Assembly: GCA_044229975.1 (NCBI GenBank)
Contig: JBGARZ010000003.1
Location: 352,001-416,000, forward strand
Direction: 5' to 3'
DNA length: 64,000 bases
From: Polyangiales bacterium
GTDB lineage: Bacteria; Myxococcota_A; Polyangia; Polyangiales; Ga0077539
How positions within the stretch are numbered: position 1 is the first letter of the stretch; each line of letters begins with the position of its first letter. Below the pieces are notes generated by a model, which was not told where the DNA came from, ran no database searches, and was given only the letters and a program-made list of their open reading frames with translations. Position numbers and translations under genes: made by a program. Positions 19,167 to 29,235 of the stretch are shown piece after piece.

Positions 19167-20837
19167 CTATCCAGGGAAGCGGAGCGGGCCGCCGATCTTG
19201 GTCTTCTGCATCACCATGTAATCGACGTCGGCGTCGATGAAGGAGACCACCACCGCCTTGCCCTTCAGGGTGATGCCCTTGAACTCGATCTTGCTCACCA
19301 TGATGCCGAGGCCCTGCTGGTCGAAGCCGACGTTGCCGTCCGTCTCGAAGCCGGTCTCCACGCCCGCCTTCAACGAGAGCACGCGATCATGGATGAGCAT
19401 CCCCTTCGCGTAGAGCGACGCCGGGATGTCGCTCTTGAAGCGAGCGTGCTTCCACTCTGCTTCCTTGATGGACTTGCGCTCGATGTCCTGAGACACCGTC
19501 AGGCTGCCGTCGATCTTTCCTTCGATGCCGGCCGTGAAGCCATAGCCCTTGATGGTCAGGTCGACGCCGAAGCCCACGCTGAAGGTCACCTTCACCAGCA
19601 CGAGGCGAACCGCGATGGAGTAGCCGAAGAACACCCGGTTATCGATCGACTCCTTGAAACCCCAGGTGGCCTTGAGCGAGCCCGTGAGCACCTCGACGCC
19701 GAAGGCCCAGTCCCAGCCCACCTTGGGCTTGTACTTCTTGATCGCGTCGTTCACGGCCGTGATGGCCGCGGCGATGTTGCGGAAGGTGTTGATCGCGGTG
19801 AGGATCCAGTCGAGACCCATCACCTTCACGTCGTTGCGCTTGAGCTCAACCTTGACGCGCGTTTCGATGTCCGTAGAGCCCTTGTCGTCAGGCCCCATGG
19901 TGCCCGGCGCGCGCGGGCCCACGGGCTTGTTCTCCGCCGTGCCCTTCCACTCCACCGTGCCGTTGTTGTTGGTGCGCGTGGCCGTCGCCGTCGCCGTGGT
20001 GTTCCGCAGGGCGACCGAGGCCGACCCGGTGGTGGTGACGACCCGGCCGCCGCCCGCCGTGTTGATGCCGTGCTTGATCGACGCGCTGAAGAACGACGGC
20101 GACGAGATCGACAGCTCCCACTGGTCATCGGGGTACGCCCGGATGACCGTGTGCTGTGAGCGCACCGCCGCGCCGACCTTGCGCCCGCCGCAGACCAGCG
20201 CCGAGATGCGATAGTCCTGATAGCCCCAGCGCACCGGCCAGATGTCGACGAAGCTGCCGACCTTGAGCCAGCCGATCTTCGCGTCGTCGGCCGCGCGCAC
20301 CTTGCGAAACACCGCCAGCGCGTGGGTCTTCTGTCCCTTGAACGTGGTCGCCTTCCCCAGCGGGTCGGTCAGCACCAGGTGCGGGTGCGTAAACTCCCCG
20401 CAGAACTGGTAGTCCTCTTCGATGACGATATCGAGATAGGTCTTGCGGGTATCCCGGGGGGAGCCCGCGGTCACCTCGATGATGGTCCCGGTGACGTAGG
20501 GGCTCGCCGTCTTGGTGCCCCGCGAATGGATCACGAAGGCCTGCGGCAGGAAGCGCTCCTTCGGCGGGGTCTCGTTGCCCACCCACGGCGCGTGCCCCTT
20601 GCCCACCTTGCGCTCGGTGAGCTTGAGGTCCTTCAGGTCACACAGGTTGACCTTGATCGGGAGCCCGCAGGGGAGCGTCCCCGTTCGCTGCGTGGGGCTC
20701 TGGCAGAGCCTCGCCTGCGCGTCCCGCTGGGCCGCCGCTCGTTGCGCCGCCGCCCGCTGCGCCGCCGCCCGCTGCGCCGCCCGCTGCTTCGCGAGGTCAG
20801 CCTCGGAAGGGCCGAAGAAATAGTCGTAGAGACCCAT
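19167..20837 (-). CDS. Candidate T6SS effector (beta-strand-rich C-terminal half)
   Basis: 556-aa Lys/Gly-rich ORF two genes downstream of vgrG, near DUF4123 adaptors; no recognised domain. Confidence 0.6.
   Translation of the reverse strand: MGLYDYFFGPSEADLAKQRAAQRAAAQRAAAQRAAAQRDAQARLCQSPTQRTGTLPCGLPIKVNLCDLKDLKLTERKVGKGHAPWVGNETPPKERFLPQAFVIHSRGTKTASPYVTGTIIEVTAGSPRDTRKTYLDIVIEEDYQFCGEFTHPHLVLTDPLGKATTFKGQKTHALAVFRKVRAADDAKIGWLKVGSFVDIWPVRWGYQDYRISALVCGGRKVGAAVRSQHTVIRAYPDDQWELSISSPSFFSASIKHGINTAGGGRVVTTTGSASVALRNTTATATATRTNNNGTVEWKGTAENKPVGPRAPGTMGPDDKGSTDIETRVKVELKRNDVKVMGLDWILTAINTFRNIAAAITAVNDAIKKYKPKVGWDWAFGVEVLTGSLKATWGFKESIDNRVFFGYSIAVRLVLVKVTFSVGFGVDLTIKGYGFTAGIEGKIDGSLTVSQDIERKSIKEAEWKHARFKSDIPASLYAKGMLIHDRVLSLKAGVETGFETDGNVGFDQQGLGIMVSKIEFKGITLKGKAVVVSFIDADVDYMVMQKTKIGGPLRFPG
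20727..20789 (-). repeat. 15-bp coding tandem repeat (QRAAA units)
   Basis: Plus-strand gccgccgcccgctgc-type units encode KQRAAQRAAAQRAAAQRAAAQR. Confidence 0.7.
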
Positions 20838-20847
20838 CGGACGCTCC

Positions 20848-21231
20848 TCACTCCTCGGTCGCGTCGAGCGCGCCGAGCATGTCCTCGCAGAGCGCCTCGA
20901 CGCGCTCCATCAACTGGTCGACCTTCATCCGCCCGTCGAGACCTTCGCTCGTCAGCGTGTCGTTGGCCCAAGGCAGGTTGGGGTCTTCGTCGAACTGGGG
21001 GTGCAACAGCAACATCACGTCGCAGTAGCGCCCCACGTCGTACTCCGTGTCGATCTCGTACCGCGCGCAGCGCTCCATGCCGTGGGCGACGAAGCGCTCC
21101 AGGCCCTCCTCGCCCATCGCCGCGCACTCCTCGGGCCACACCCGTCGGAGGTGCGCGGTGACGTTCTCCACGAAGGGGTCCATCGCCGCGCGGGCGAGGG
21201 CGTCCATCTGCGCGCTGCGAATGACCAGCAC
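20848..21231 (-). CDS. Small VgrG-associated protein, possible co-chaperone
   Basis: 127-aa acidic helical ORF between vgrG and the candidate effector (MLVIRSAQMDAL...FDEDPNLPW). Confidence 0.65.
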   Translation of the reverse strand: MLVIRSAQMDALARAAMDPFVENVTAHLRRVWPEECAAMGEEGLERFVAHGMERCARYEIDTEYDVGRYCDVMLLLHPQFDEDPNLPWANDTLTSEGLDGRMKVDQLMERVEALCEDMLGALDATEE

Positions 21232-21238
21232 GTCGATC

Positions 21239-23947
21239 TCAGTGCGGCAGGAACAGCCGGTCGACCTGCTTGCCGATCACGCTGTCGAGCTGCTTCACGG
21301 CCTGCGCCGCGAGCTTCGCCGCCTGCGGGGGCAGGCCACGCCGGTCGATCCACCCTTGCAGCACCTCGCGACCCGCCGTCACCGCCGGGCCCTTGAGGAA
21401 GGCCGCGACGTCCGCGCCGTTGCGCTGCTTCAGCACCGTCCAGAACGGGTCGCGCGCCATGCCCTGATCGAGCCCCACCGCGCGCAGCGTGCCCCACGTC
21501 GCCGCGGTGGTGGTCACGCCCTTCAGCTCCTTCACGAGCCCGGAGAGCAGCGGGCTGTTCTTCACCCGGGGGTTGTTCTCCAGGCCCTTGAAGGCCTGGC
21601 CGACGAGGCCCTTCACCCCTTCGGTGATGGCCTCTTCGCCCGCCTTGAGCGCCGCGTCCTTGATCACCCCGAAGTTGGGCTTGCGGCCTTCCTTCAGCGC
21701 TGAGGCGAGCTCGGTCACGGTGGTCTTCGCGAGCCCCTGGAGGCGCTCGGAGATCTTGTCCGGCACGCCCGCCTTCGCGAGCAGCTTCTTCAGCCCCGCG
21801 CTCGCCTGCTCGCCCAGCTTCGCGGGGTCGATGGCGTTCTTCAGCTTGGCCAGCAGACCCCCAGAGGTGCCCTGGAGGCTCACCGCGGCCGCGACGGCGG
21901 TCTCCTGCGGCGCGACGGTGTTGCTGTCCGTCTCGCCGCAATTGATCTTCACCAGCGCGCCGTTGATGTTCACCAGCGACCCGCCGATGACGTGAATGGT
22001 CGGCGAGTTGATGGTGATCTTGTTGGGCAGCAGCATGATGCTCGACTCGCCCACCTTGAAGCCCATGCTCGACTCGGCCGTGACCGCGAAGTGCGTGTCG
22101 ACCCGCAGCGACGCGCCCGCCCCGCCGTGCACCGCGATGGAGCTGTTGCCCTCCACGTCCAGCGAGTCGTTCTGCACGATGCTGGTGATGCGGTCCTTCT
22201 GGACGGTGACGTGCTCGATGCCCTGGATGGTCTTGGTGCGGTCGTGGCCCACCACCAGCGTCTGGTCGTGGCGCACCACCGAGTCCATGTCGCGCTGCGC
22301 GTGGATGAAGATCTGCTCGTTGTCCTTGAGGTCTTCGAAGCGCAGCTCGTTGAAGCCCGCGCCGCCCTTCGACGAGCTCGTCTTGATGGTGCTCTTGGTC
22401 TTCTCCGCGGGCAGCGGGTACGGCGTGTTGTTCTCGCCGTTGTAGACGCAGCCCGTGACGAGCGGGCGGTCGGGGTCACCTTCGAGGAAGGTCACCACCA
22501 CCTCCATCCCGATGCGCGGGATGAACATCGAGCCCCACGCCGCGCCCGCCCAGCTCTGCGCCACGCGCATCCAGCACGACGACTTGCTCCCGTTCTGCGA
22601 CGGGCCGCGCATCTCGGGGCGATCCCAGTGGAAGCGCACCAGGATGCGCCCATGGAAGTCCGTCGAGATCTCCTCGTCGTCCTCGCCCGGCGCCGCGATC
22701 ACGAGCGCCGTCTGCGGCCCGTGCACCAGCGGCCGCGGGGTGTCCCGCTCCGGCCGGATCGGGGTGTCCGACGCCACGCACTCGAAGCGGTTCCAGTAGC
22801 GGGTGGCCATCGCGGCGCCGGCGGTGTCCGCGACGCTCTCCCACTCCGGCTCGATGTTGCGCAGCAGCGCCTTCACGTGCTCGCTCGTGCGGATGTCGTC
22901 GGGGATGTCGCCCCAGGCCGCGACGTGGTGCTGCACCCCGAGGAGCACATAGTTGCGATCGAGCTCGGGCCGCTGGTGGCCGGTGATGGTGATGCCGCGG
23001 CCGGGCCAGAAGCCCGTCACCGAGCTGCGGCCGTGACCGACCTTGTTCTCCACCTGCGTCTCGTCGAAGCGCACGCGCGCCCGGCGCTGACCGTGGTGCG
23101 GGCGATAGACGTGCGCATCCTCGTCGTAGGCGCCGAGGGTGAAGCGCGCGGGGTAGTCGTAGACGGGACGGGCGCCGCCATCACCGGGGCTGCGCGGGCT
23201 CATGTCGAGCACGGCGCGCGGGTGCGTGAAGTCGAAGTCGCGCAAGAGCACCCCGGTGGTGCCAGTGCGACGGTGCCAGTCGAACCACATCACGGTCTCG
23301 GCGCCCGACGTGGCCGACCCGGCGCCATCGATGATGCTGATGGCCCCGCCATCCATCGTCGGAACGGCCTCCCACGGGTGCCCGTCCTCCACGAGCTGCC
23401 AGGTCTCCGAATCGCCGTCGTGCTTGAAGTAGAACGCGACGCCCTCCTCTTCGAGCAGTCGCTGCACGAAGTCGAGGTCGGTCTCGCGGTACTGGAGGCA
23501 GTTTTCGCGCGGCGGGAGCTGGTCGAGCGCGCCCTCGTAGGCCATCGCCCCGTCACCCTGGTAGACGCCCGCGTCCTTGAGCACCTCCTGGATGATCGTG
23601 ATGACGTTGACGTCCTGCCAGATGCGCGAGTTGACGCGCTTGGACAGCTTCCAGAGGTGCGGAACCACCACGATGCGGGCGAAGCGGTACATGCCCGTCG
23701 ACCCGAGGTCTTCGACGCGGCGCACGACGCCCTTCAGCGGGCGCGAGACCGAGCCGCGCTGGATGTCGAGGCTGACGTTGCGCTCGAAGAGTTCTTCGAC
23801 GTTGGCGCCCACGTTGCGGTTGGCGAGGATGAGCGAGGCCTCGTAGAGCCGCGACATCCCCTCGTCGATGAACACGTGCACCGGACGCCAACCGCCACCG
23901 GGGCCCTCGAAAACAAGCTCAACCTCGGCGCGCGGCGCTTCGCTCAT
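21239..23947 (-). CDS. vgrG: Type VI secretion spike protein VgrG (TssI) with C-terminal extension
   Basis: QYRETDLDFVQRLLEEEG, DFDFTHP, GPQTALV, GRILVRFHWD, SCWMRVAQSWAG, IPRIGMEVVVTFLEGDPDRP, NELRFED, IHAQRDM. Confidence 0.95.
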   Translation of the reverse strand: MSEAPRAEVELVFEGPGGGWRPVHVFIDEGMSRLYEASLILANRNVGANVEELFERNVSLDIQRGSVSRPLKGVVRRVEDLGSTGMYRFARIVVVPHLWKLSKRVNSRIWQDVNVITIIQEVLKDAGVYQGDGAMAYEGALDQLPPRENCLQYRETDLDFVQRLLEEEGVAFYFKHDGDSETWQLVEDGHPWEAVPTMDGGAISIIDGAGSATSGAETVMWFDWHRRTGTTGVLLRDFDFTHPRAVLDMSPRSPGDGGARPVYDYPARFTLGAYDEDAHVYRPHHGQRRARVRFDETQVENKVGHGRSSVTGFWPGRGITITGHQRPELDRNYVLLGVQHHVAAWGDIPDDIRTSEHVKALLRNIEPEWESVADTAGAAMATRYWNRFECVASDTPIRPERDTPRPLVHGPQTALVIAAPGEDDEEISTDFHGRILVRFHWDRPEMRGPSQNGSKSSCWMRVAQSWAGAAWGSMFIPRIGMEVVVTFLEGDPDRPLVTGCVYNGENNTPYPLPAEKTKSTIKTSSSKGGAGFNELRFEDLKDNEQIFIHAQRDMDSVVRHDQTLVVGHDRTKTIQGIEHVTVQKDRITSIVQNDSLDVEGNSSIAVHGGAGASLRVDTHFAVTAESSMGFKVGESSIMLLPNKITINSPTIHVIGGSLVNINGALVKINCGETDSNTVAPQETAVAAAVSLQGTSGGLLAKLKNAIDPAKLGEQASAGLKKLLAKAGVPDKISERLQGLAKTTVTELASALKEGRKPNFGVIKDAALKAGEEAITEGVKGLVGQAFKGLENNPRVKNSPLLSGLVKELKGVTTTAATWGTLRAVGLDQGMARDPFWTVLKQRNGADVAAFLKGPAVTAGREVLQGWIDRRGLPPQAAKLAAQAVKQLDSVIGKQVDRLFLPH

Positions 23948-24127
23948 GTGTCACTCCAGATGGGGCGGTGCTTGAATGCCGCAGGCGTCCCGACGCATCC
24001 GGGGCGGCGCTCTACGACGGCGGCGCCGACGATACACCGAAGGCCCCGACTCGGGGATAGGGTCCACGCGCCAGCCCGTCCCTGCTGGCATGTGTCACCG
24101 AGACTCATCCAATCTCCCGCGAGCAAC

Positions 24128-25093
24128 GTGTTCGACCTCACCCACCCTCCCCCCGTCTCGATCGGAGCCTCGGCGCTCCGGGTGCCTTCCCTCGGCGTCG
24201 GCGCGTGGTCGTGGGGAGACGTTCGGTACTGGGGCTACGGCCAGCGACACACCTCACGCGACGTGGTCGATGCGTTCATGGCCTCGGTCGAGGCGGGCGT
24301 GACGCTCTTCGACACGGCGGAGGTCTACGGACACGGCGCCTCGGAGCAGGTGCTCGGATGGCTCGTCCGCAAGTCCAAGGCCCCGGTGGTGCTCGCGACG
24401 AAGTTCGCGCCGCTCCGCGGGCGTGGTGGTGCGAAGGCGCTGCGACCCGCGCTGGCGGGGAGCCTGCGACGGATGGGCGTCGCGAAGGTCGACCTCTATC
24501 AGGTGCACTGGGCGGACTTCGAAGAGGCGTCCATCGACGACCTCATGGCGGCGCTCGCGGACGTCGTGGATGAGGGGCTCGTGACGGCCGTCGGCGTGAG
24601 CAACTTCAGCGCGAGCGAGATGCGTCGCGCGCACGCGGCGCTCGCGCGGCGCGGCGTGTCGTTGGCGAGCAATCAGGTGCGGTACAACCTGCTGCACCGC
24701 GCGCCGGAGACCGACGGGGTGCTCGATGCGTGTCGCGAGCTGGGCGCGTCACTGCTGGCGTACAGCCCGTTGGAGCAGGGCGTGTTGCTCGGGTCGTACG
24801 CGGTCGGACAAGCGCCCGATGGGCCGAGGGGAAAGTCGCCGTGGTTCGCGGACAAGCACCTCGCAGCGGCCGCGCCGGTGGTGGCGTTGCTGCGAGAGAT
24901 CGGGCGCGCGGAGGGCGAGCGACCCGTGGAGCAGGTGGCGCTCAACTGGCTGCGCGCGAAGGCGGGCGTGATTCCGTTGGCGGGTGCGCGAACGGGCGAG
25001 CAGGCGGCGCGCAATGCAGGGGCGTTGGGGTGGATGATGAGCGAGGCGTCGGTCGCGCGGCTCGACGAGGCGACGACGGGGTTTCGCTCGTGA
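24128..25093 (+). CDS. Aldo/keto reductase
   Basis: From GTG 24128 in ORF 21992..25093: LGVGAWSWGD, FDTAEVYG, ATKF, DLYQVHW, GVSNFS, NQVRYNLLHR, AYSPL. Confidence 0.9.
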   Translation: MFDLTHPPPVSIGASALRVPSLGVGAWSWGDVRYWGYGQRHTSRDVVDAFMASVEAGVTLFDTAEVYGHGASEQVLGWLVRKSKAPVVLATKFAPLRGRGGAKALRPALAGSLRRMGVAKVDLYQVHWADFEEASIDDLMAALADVVDEGLVTAVGVSNFSASEMRRAHAALARRGVSLASNQVRYNLLHRAPETDGVLDACRELGASLLAYSPLEQGVLLGSYAVGQAPDGPRGKSPWFADKHLAAAAPVVALLREIGRAEGERPVEQVALNWLRAKAGVIPLAGARTGEQAARNAGALGWMMSEASVARLDEATTGFRS

Positions 25094-25097
25094 TGGG

Positions 25098-25955
25098 TCA
25101 ATCCATCGCGTGGAGGGTCTTCAGCTCGGAGACGGGGAAGCGGTAGTCCGTGCGGCAGTAGTCGCACTGGATCTCGAGGTCCTTGCCCTCGGCGATCATC
25201 TCTTCGAGGTCCTTCGCGGGGAGCGTGCGGAGCGTCGTGCGGAGCTTCTCCCAGTCGCAGCGGCACTGGTACTTCACGTCGCTGTGCCCGGTGACGCCAT
25301 AGGGCATCAGGTAGAGCACCTCGGCGAGCAGCGTCTCCGGCGTCATCGCGGGGTCTTGCAGCATCGTTCCCACTGGAGGGAAGTGCTCCAGCCGCGCGGT
25401 CATCACCGCGAGCTGCGCCTCGGCCAGCTCGGGTAGCAACTGCACCAGATAGCCGCCCGCCGCGACGACCTCGTCGCCGTCCATCACCGTCGCCACCGCG
25501 ATGGCCGACTGCACCTGCTCGGACTCCAACAGGTAGGCCATCAGCGACGCCGACACGCCGCCTTCGCCCGTCACGCGCACGACGCCCTTCTGCGCGCCAC
25601 CGCGCGGCAGCGAGCGCATCACCTGGAGCACCGACCCGTCACCCAGCACCAGCGATCCGCCCGGCGTGCGCTGCACCAGTCCGCGGACGCCCCCGTCGGG
25701 ATGCGAGTCGGCCACCAGCGAGTCGCGGCCCTTGGCCGACTGCAGGATGCACTGCACCCGCAGGTCGGGCGCCATCGTCTCGCGCACCAGGATGGCCCCG
25801 GTCACGATCTCGCCCAGCCAGCGGGCCGCCTCGCCCTTCGCCTTCTGCGCGGCCACCACCGCGCGGACCGTGTCCGTCGTCCGCAGCGCCACCACCCGGA
25901 AGGAGCCGTCGTCGGTGATGGCGCGCACCGCGGCGTCTCGTCGTTCTTGTTCCAT
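25098..25955 (-). CDS. hslO: Hsp33 redox-regulated chaperone
   Basis: YLLESEQV, AAGGYLVQLLP, C-terminal zinc motif CRC...CDYC. Confidence 0.9.
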   Translation of the reverse strand: MEQERRDAAVRAITDDGSFRVVALRTTDTVRAVVAAQKAKGEAARWLGEIVTGAILVRETMAPDLRVQCILQSAKGRDSLVADSHPDGGVRGLVQRTPGGSLVLGDGSVLQVMRSLPRGGAQKGVVRVTGEGGVSASLMAYLLESEQVQSAIAVATVMDGDEVVAAGGYLVQLLPELAEAQLAVMTARLEHFPPVGTMLQDPAMTPETLLAEVLYLMPYGVTGHSDVKYQCRCDWEKLRTTLRTLPAKDLEEMIAEGKDLEIQCDYCRTDYRFPVSELKTLHAMD

Positions 25956-26033
25956 GGCGGGCGTATGTAGCATCGCCGCCGCCGTGGGAAGGGGGACGGT
26001 AGGCGGGCGCGATGACCTCGGCAGGAGCGGTCG

Positions 26034-28703
26034 TCACGGAAAGCCCGCGATGGCCGTCGGCACGAGGATGGAGCGCATCGGGCCGCCCAACCGTCCGTCC
26101 TCGTTGGCGCCCCAGCGCACGACCTCGCCGCCCGCGCGCCGCGCGCCCGAACCTGCGAATCCCGCGACGACCCACGCCGCATCGGTCAGCCCCGCGACGG
26201 TCACCGGCCGCGGTGAGTTCACCGTCATGCCGTTGCCCAGGGCACCTCCGTTGCTGCCCCAGCAGACGACAGCGCCCGACGCGCGACGGGCGCACGAGTG
26301 ATAGGCCCCGGCGCTGACCTGCACCGCGTCGGAGAGGTCGACCACCGGCGCGGGTGTCGGCGAGCTGGCCCCGGCGCTGCCGCGTCCGAGCTGGCCCAGG
26401 TCGTTCGCGCCCCAGCAGACGACGGTGCCCGATGCGCGGCGGGCGCACGAGTGGAAGATGCCCGCCGAGACCTCCACCGCGTCGGTCAACCCCACGACGG
26501 CCACCGGAACCAATGAATTCATGGTGGAGCCGTTGCCGAGCTGACCGGCGTCGTTGGCGCCCCAGCAGACCACCGCGCCCGAGAGGAGACGGGCGCACGC
26601 GTGACGGAGGCCCGCCGCGATCTGCGTGACGGCGCCAAGGTCCGCAACCAGAACGGGTGTGGAGGTGTTGGCGAGGGAGTTGTTCCCGAGCTGCCCGTGC
26701 GTGTTGACGCCCCAGCAGGACACGGTGCCCGCCTCGCGCAGCGCGCAGGTGAAGTCCGTCCCGGCGGCGACCCCGACCGCGTCACCGAGGCCGAGCACGG
26801 TCACCGCAACCGTCGATCGCGCGCCCGTGGTGCCATCACCGAGTCCTCCGTAGGTGTTGCGGCCCCAGCACGCGACAGCCCCGCCGACGCGCACCGTGCA
26901 GGTGTGCTCGTAGCTCGCGCTCAACTGCGCGGCGTCGCTCAGGCCCTGCACGGGCACCGGCGTGAGCGAACCCATCTGCGTTCCGTCGCCGAGCTGTCCG
27001 GAGTAGTTGTTGCCCCAGCAGGAGACCGCCCCCGTCGCGTGGCGGGCGCAGCCGTGCGCGTAGGCCAGCGCGATGTCGGCGCCTGCGGGTCCGCCGCAGA
27101 CGTACGCGCGGCAGGCGACCCCGGCCGGGCACGCGTTGCCGCATCGACCACACGCTGTCGGACTCCGGAGGTCCGTCTCGCAGCCGTTGGCGGCGTCGCT
27201 GTCGCAGTCGCCGTAGCCCGCCTCGCAGGTCCCGACGGAGCACGCGCCTGCGGCGCAGACAGCGGTCGCGTGAGGGAGCGCACACGCCCGGCCGCACGCG
27301 CCGCAGTGGGCGGCGTTCGTCGTGAGCGCGACCTCGCAGCCGTTGGCGGCGCTGCCGTCGCAGTTGCCGTAGCCCGTGCTGCACATCGCGATCGCACATG
27401 CTCCCGCGACGCAGATGGAGTTCGCGTTGGCGACCTCCGGGCAGGCCGTGGCCACGACGTCCTGCCCGCTGGCGATGCAGACCGCCAGCCGCAGGCCGCG
27501 ACATCCGTTGACCGACCCGGGGACGCACACCCACGGTGTGCACACGCCCGTCGCGTCGACGCAGGAGCTCATCGCGGCGCAGGGCGTGGCGGCGTACCCG
27601 AGGCCATCGACGTTGCACTGGCGCTGGGCGTCGACGCCGACGCACGAGCGGGTCGATGGCGTGCAGACGTGGTCGAGGCACGCGCCCGCCGAGCAGGTCT
27701 GTCGCGCACTGCAGGGCGTGGTGGTGTGGCCGAAGCCGTCGCTGTTGCAGACGCGCGCGACGTTGCCGTCGCAGCTCAGCGCGCCGGGCACGCAGGTCCA
27801 GCCGGCGCACATGTTGGCGGTGGGGTCGCAGCCGCTCATCGACGGGCACGGCGTCGGGTCGGCGTAGGCGAGGCCGTCGGGGGCACAGCGATGGACGGCG
27901 GTTGTGCCCGAGCAGCGTAGGACGCCGGGCGGGCAGACCTGGGGGAGACAGGCGCCGTCGCGACAGCTCTGGGTGGGGGCGCACGGCGTGGCGGAGTAGG
28001 TGAGGCCGTCGGGGGCGCAGGTCTCGACGAGGGTGAAGCTCGACGCGGCGCAACGGAGGGAGCCTGGGGTGCAGACGCGGGGGAGGCAGGCGCCGTCGCG
28101 GCAGCTCTGGGTAGGCGCGCAAGGGGTGGCGGCGTAGGCGGTGCCGCGGGCGTCGCAGGTCTCGCGAGCGCCGAGGGCGGTGCAACGAGCAGTGGCGGGG
28201 ACGCACTCGCGGGGAACGCAGCGCATGTCGGCGCGACAGAACTGGGTGAGCGGGTCGCAGTCGGCGTCAGAGCGGCAGCCCGCGGGCGCGTCGGGCGGGG
28301 TGTCCGTCGTCGAGGCGGTGGCATCAGTCGCGGTGGCATCCGCTGTCGCGGTGGCGTCGACCACCACTGGCGTGTCTGCCGGCACGGTTGCGTCGATCGG
28401 CGCGTCGATCGGCACGGCAACATCGACAACGGCCATGGCGTCTATTGACGCCTCGACGACTACTGCAACATCGACGGCGCCCGTTGCATCCACGGACGCG
28501 TCGACCACTACGGCTGTATCGACGGCGACGATTGCGTCCGTCGTCATCGCGACGTCGGTGTCCGCGTTGTGCTCGGGCGCGTCGGCGATCGAAACGTCCG
28601 TGCCCGCATCAGTGGCCGACGATGGGCCGCAACCGACCACCGCGGAGATCAGCAGAAGGTGAGCGGGAGAGGTCCAGCGTGCCGACGGCATCGGTCGATT
28701 CAT
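26034..28703 (-). CDS. Cys-rich lipoprotein with C-terminal RCC1-like repeats
   Basis: Lipobox AVVGC; D/A/V/T-rich linker; Cys repeats (CDGSAANGCE, HCGACGRAC); about 7 H.C......V.CWG.N..GQLG units. Start could be GTG 28715. Confidence 0.85.
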   Translation of the reverse strand: MNRPMPSARWTSPAHLLLISAVVGCGPSSATDAGTDVSIADAPEHNADTDVAMTTDAIVAVDTAVVVDASVDATGAVDVAVVVEASIDAMAVVDVAVPIDAPIDATVPADTPVVVDATATADATATDATASTTDTPPDAPAGCRSDADCDPLTQFCRADMRCVPRECVPATARCTALGARETCDARGTAYAATPCAPTQSCRDGACLPRVCTPGSLRCAASSFTLVETCAPDGLTYSATPCAPTQSCRDGACLPQVCPPGVLRCSGTTAVHRCAPDGLAYADPTPCPSMSGCDPTANMCAGWTCVPGALSCDGNVARVCNSDGFGHTTTPCSARQTCSAGACLDHVCTPSTRSCVGVDAQRQCNVDGLGYAATPCAAMSSCVDATGVCTPWVCVPGSVNGCRGLRLAVCIASGQDVVATACPEVANANSICVAGACAIAMCSTGYGNCDGSAANGCEVALTTNAAHCGACGRACALPHATAVCAAGACSVGTCEAGYGDCDSDAANGCETDLRSPTACGRCGNACPAGVACRAYVCGGPAGADIALAYAHGCARHATGAVSCWGNNYSGQLGDGTQMGSLTPVPVQGLSDAAQLSASYEHTCTVRVGGAVACWGRNTYGGLGDGTTGARSTVAVTVLGLGDAVGVAAGTDFTCALREAGTVSCWGVNTHGQLGNNSLANTSTPVLVADLGAVTQIAAGLRHACARLLSGAVVCWGANDAGQLGNGSTMNSLVPVAVVGLTDAVEVSAGIFHSCARRASGTVVCWGANDLGQLGRGSAGASSPTPAPVVDLSDAVQVSAGAYHSCARRASGAVVCWGSNGGALGNGMTVNSPRPVTVAGLTDAAWVVAGFAGSGARRAGGEVVRWGANEDGRLGGPMRSILVPTAIAGFP

Positions 28704-28800
28704 ATCGCTTCTCACCGTCCCTGTGGTGGCGCTCGCCCGTCACCCGTTCGCCCGCGTCGTACCCCGGCACACCGCTCACCTTCATTGTGCGCGCACGCCG

Positions 28801-29235
28801 CTACCAAGAAGCGCAGTACGGGCCACGACACGTCTCTGCGATACTGCTCCTTTCGCCGATGCCAGGACATGCGGCCCGCCACGACTCATACATGGCATCA
28901 AGTTCTTGCGTCCAACGGTGCCTCTCCTGTCGAGTCGAGTGCCGCCGAGGCGCCAGTCCCCACTCGACAAAGCGCCGCCGTCCATGGACAGATGTGACGT
29001 AATATTCTCGATCAGGAGTGCTGTCTGCGCAAATGAACCCTTGCCCTTCAGCCCGACAGGCCATCGGGCTGGGTATCCGTCGTTTCTCCAAGTCGTGCAC
29101 GACACATTGGTCGTCGAACGACGCAGATACCGGCACTCTGCGAACGAGGCCATCTACTGCGTAGCCGGAGCCGCAAGCCAACGCCATCGCGGCGATCACC
29201 GACGCAAAGCAGATGCCACGCAAGCGATTAGTCAT
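28801..29235 (-). CDS. Putative lipoprotein immunity protein of the Rhs toxin tip
   Basis: ATG overlaps the Rhs stop (ATGA); lower GC; signal/lipobox MTNRLRGICFASVIAAMALAC. Confidence 0.65.
   Translation of the reverse strand: MTNRLRGICFASVIAAMALACGSGYAVDGLVRRVPVSASFDDQCVVHDLEKRRIPSPMACRAEGQGFICADSTPDREYYVTSVHGRRRFVEWGLAPRRHSTRQERHRWTQELDAMYESWRAACPGIGERSSIAETCRGPYCASW

Noticed and set aside
21992..24127. Apparent 1033-aa aldo/keto reductase fusion
   Set aside because: The N-terminal ~710 aa are the antisense of vgrG plus intergenic sequence; reductase motifs begin only near 24128
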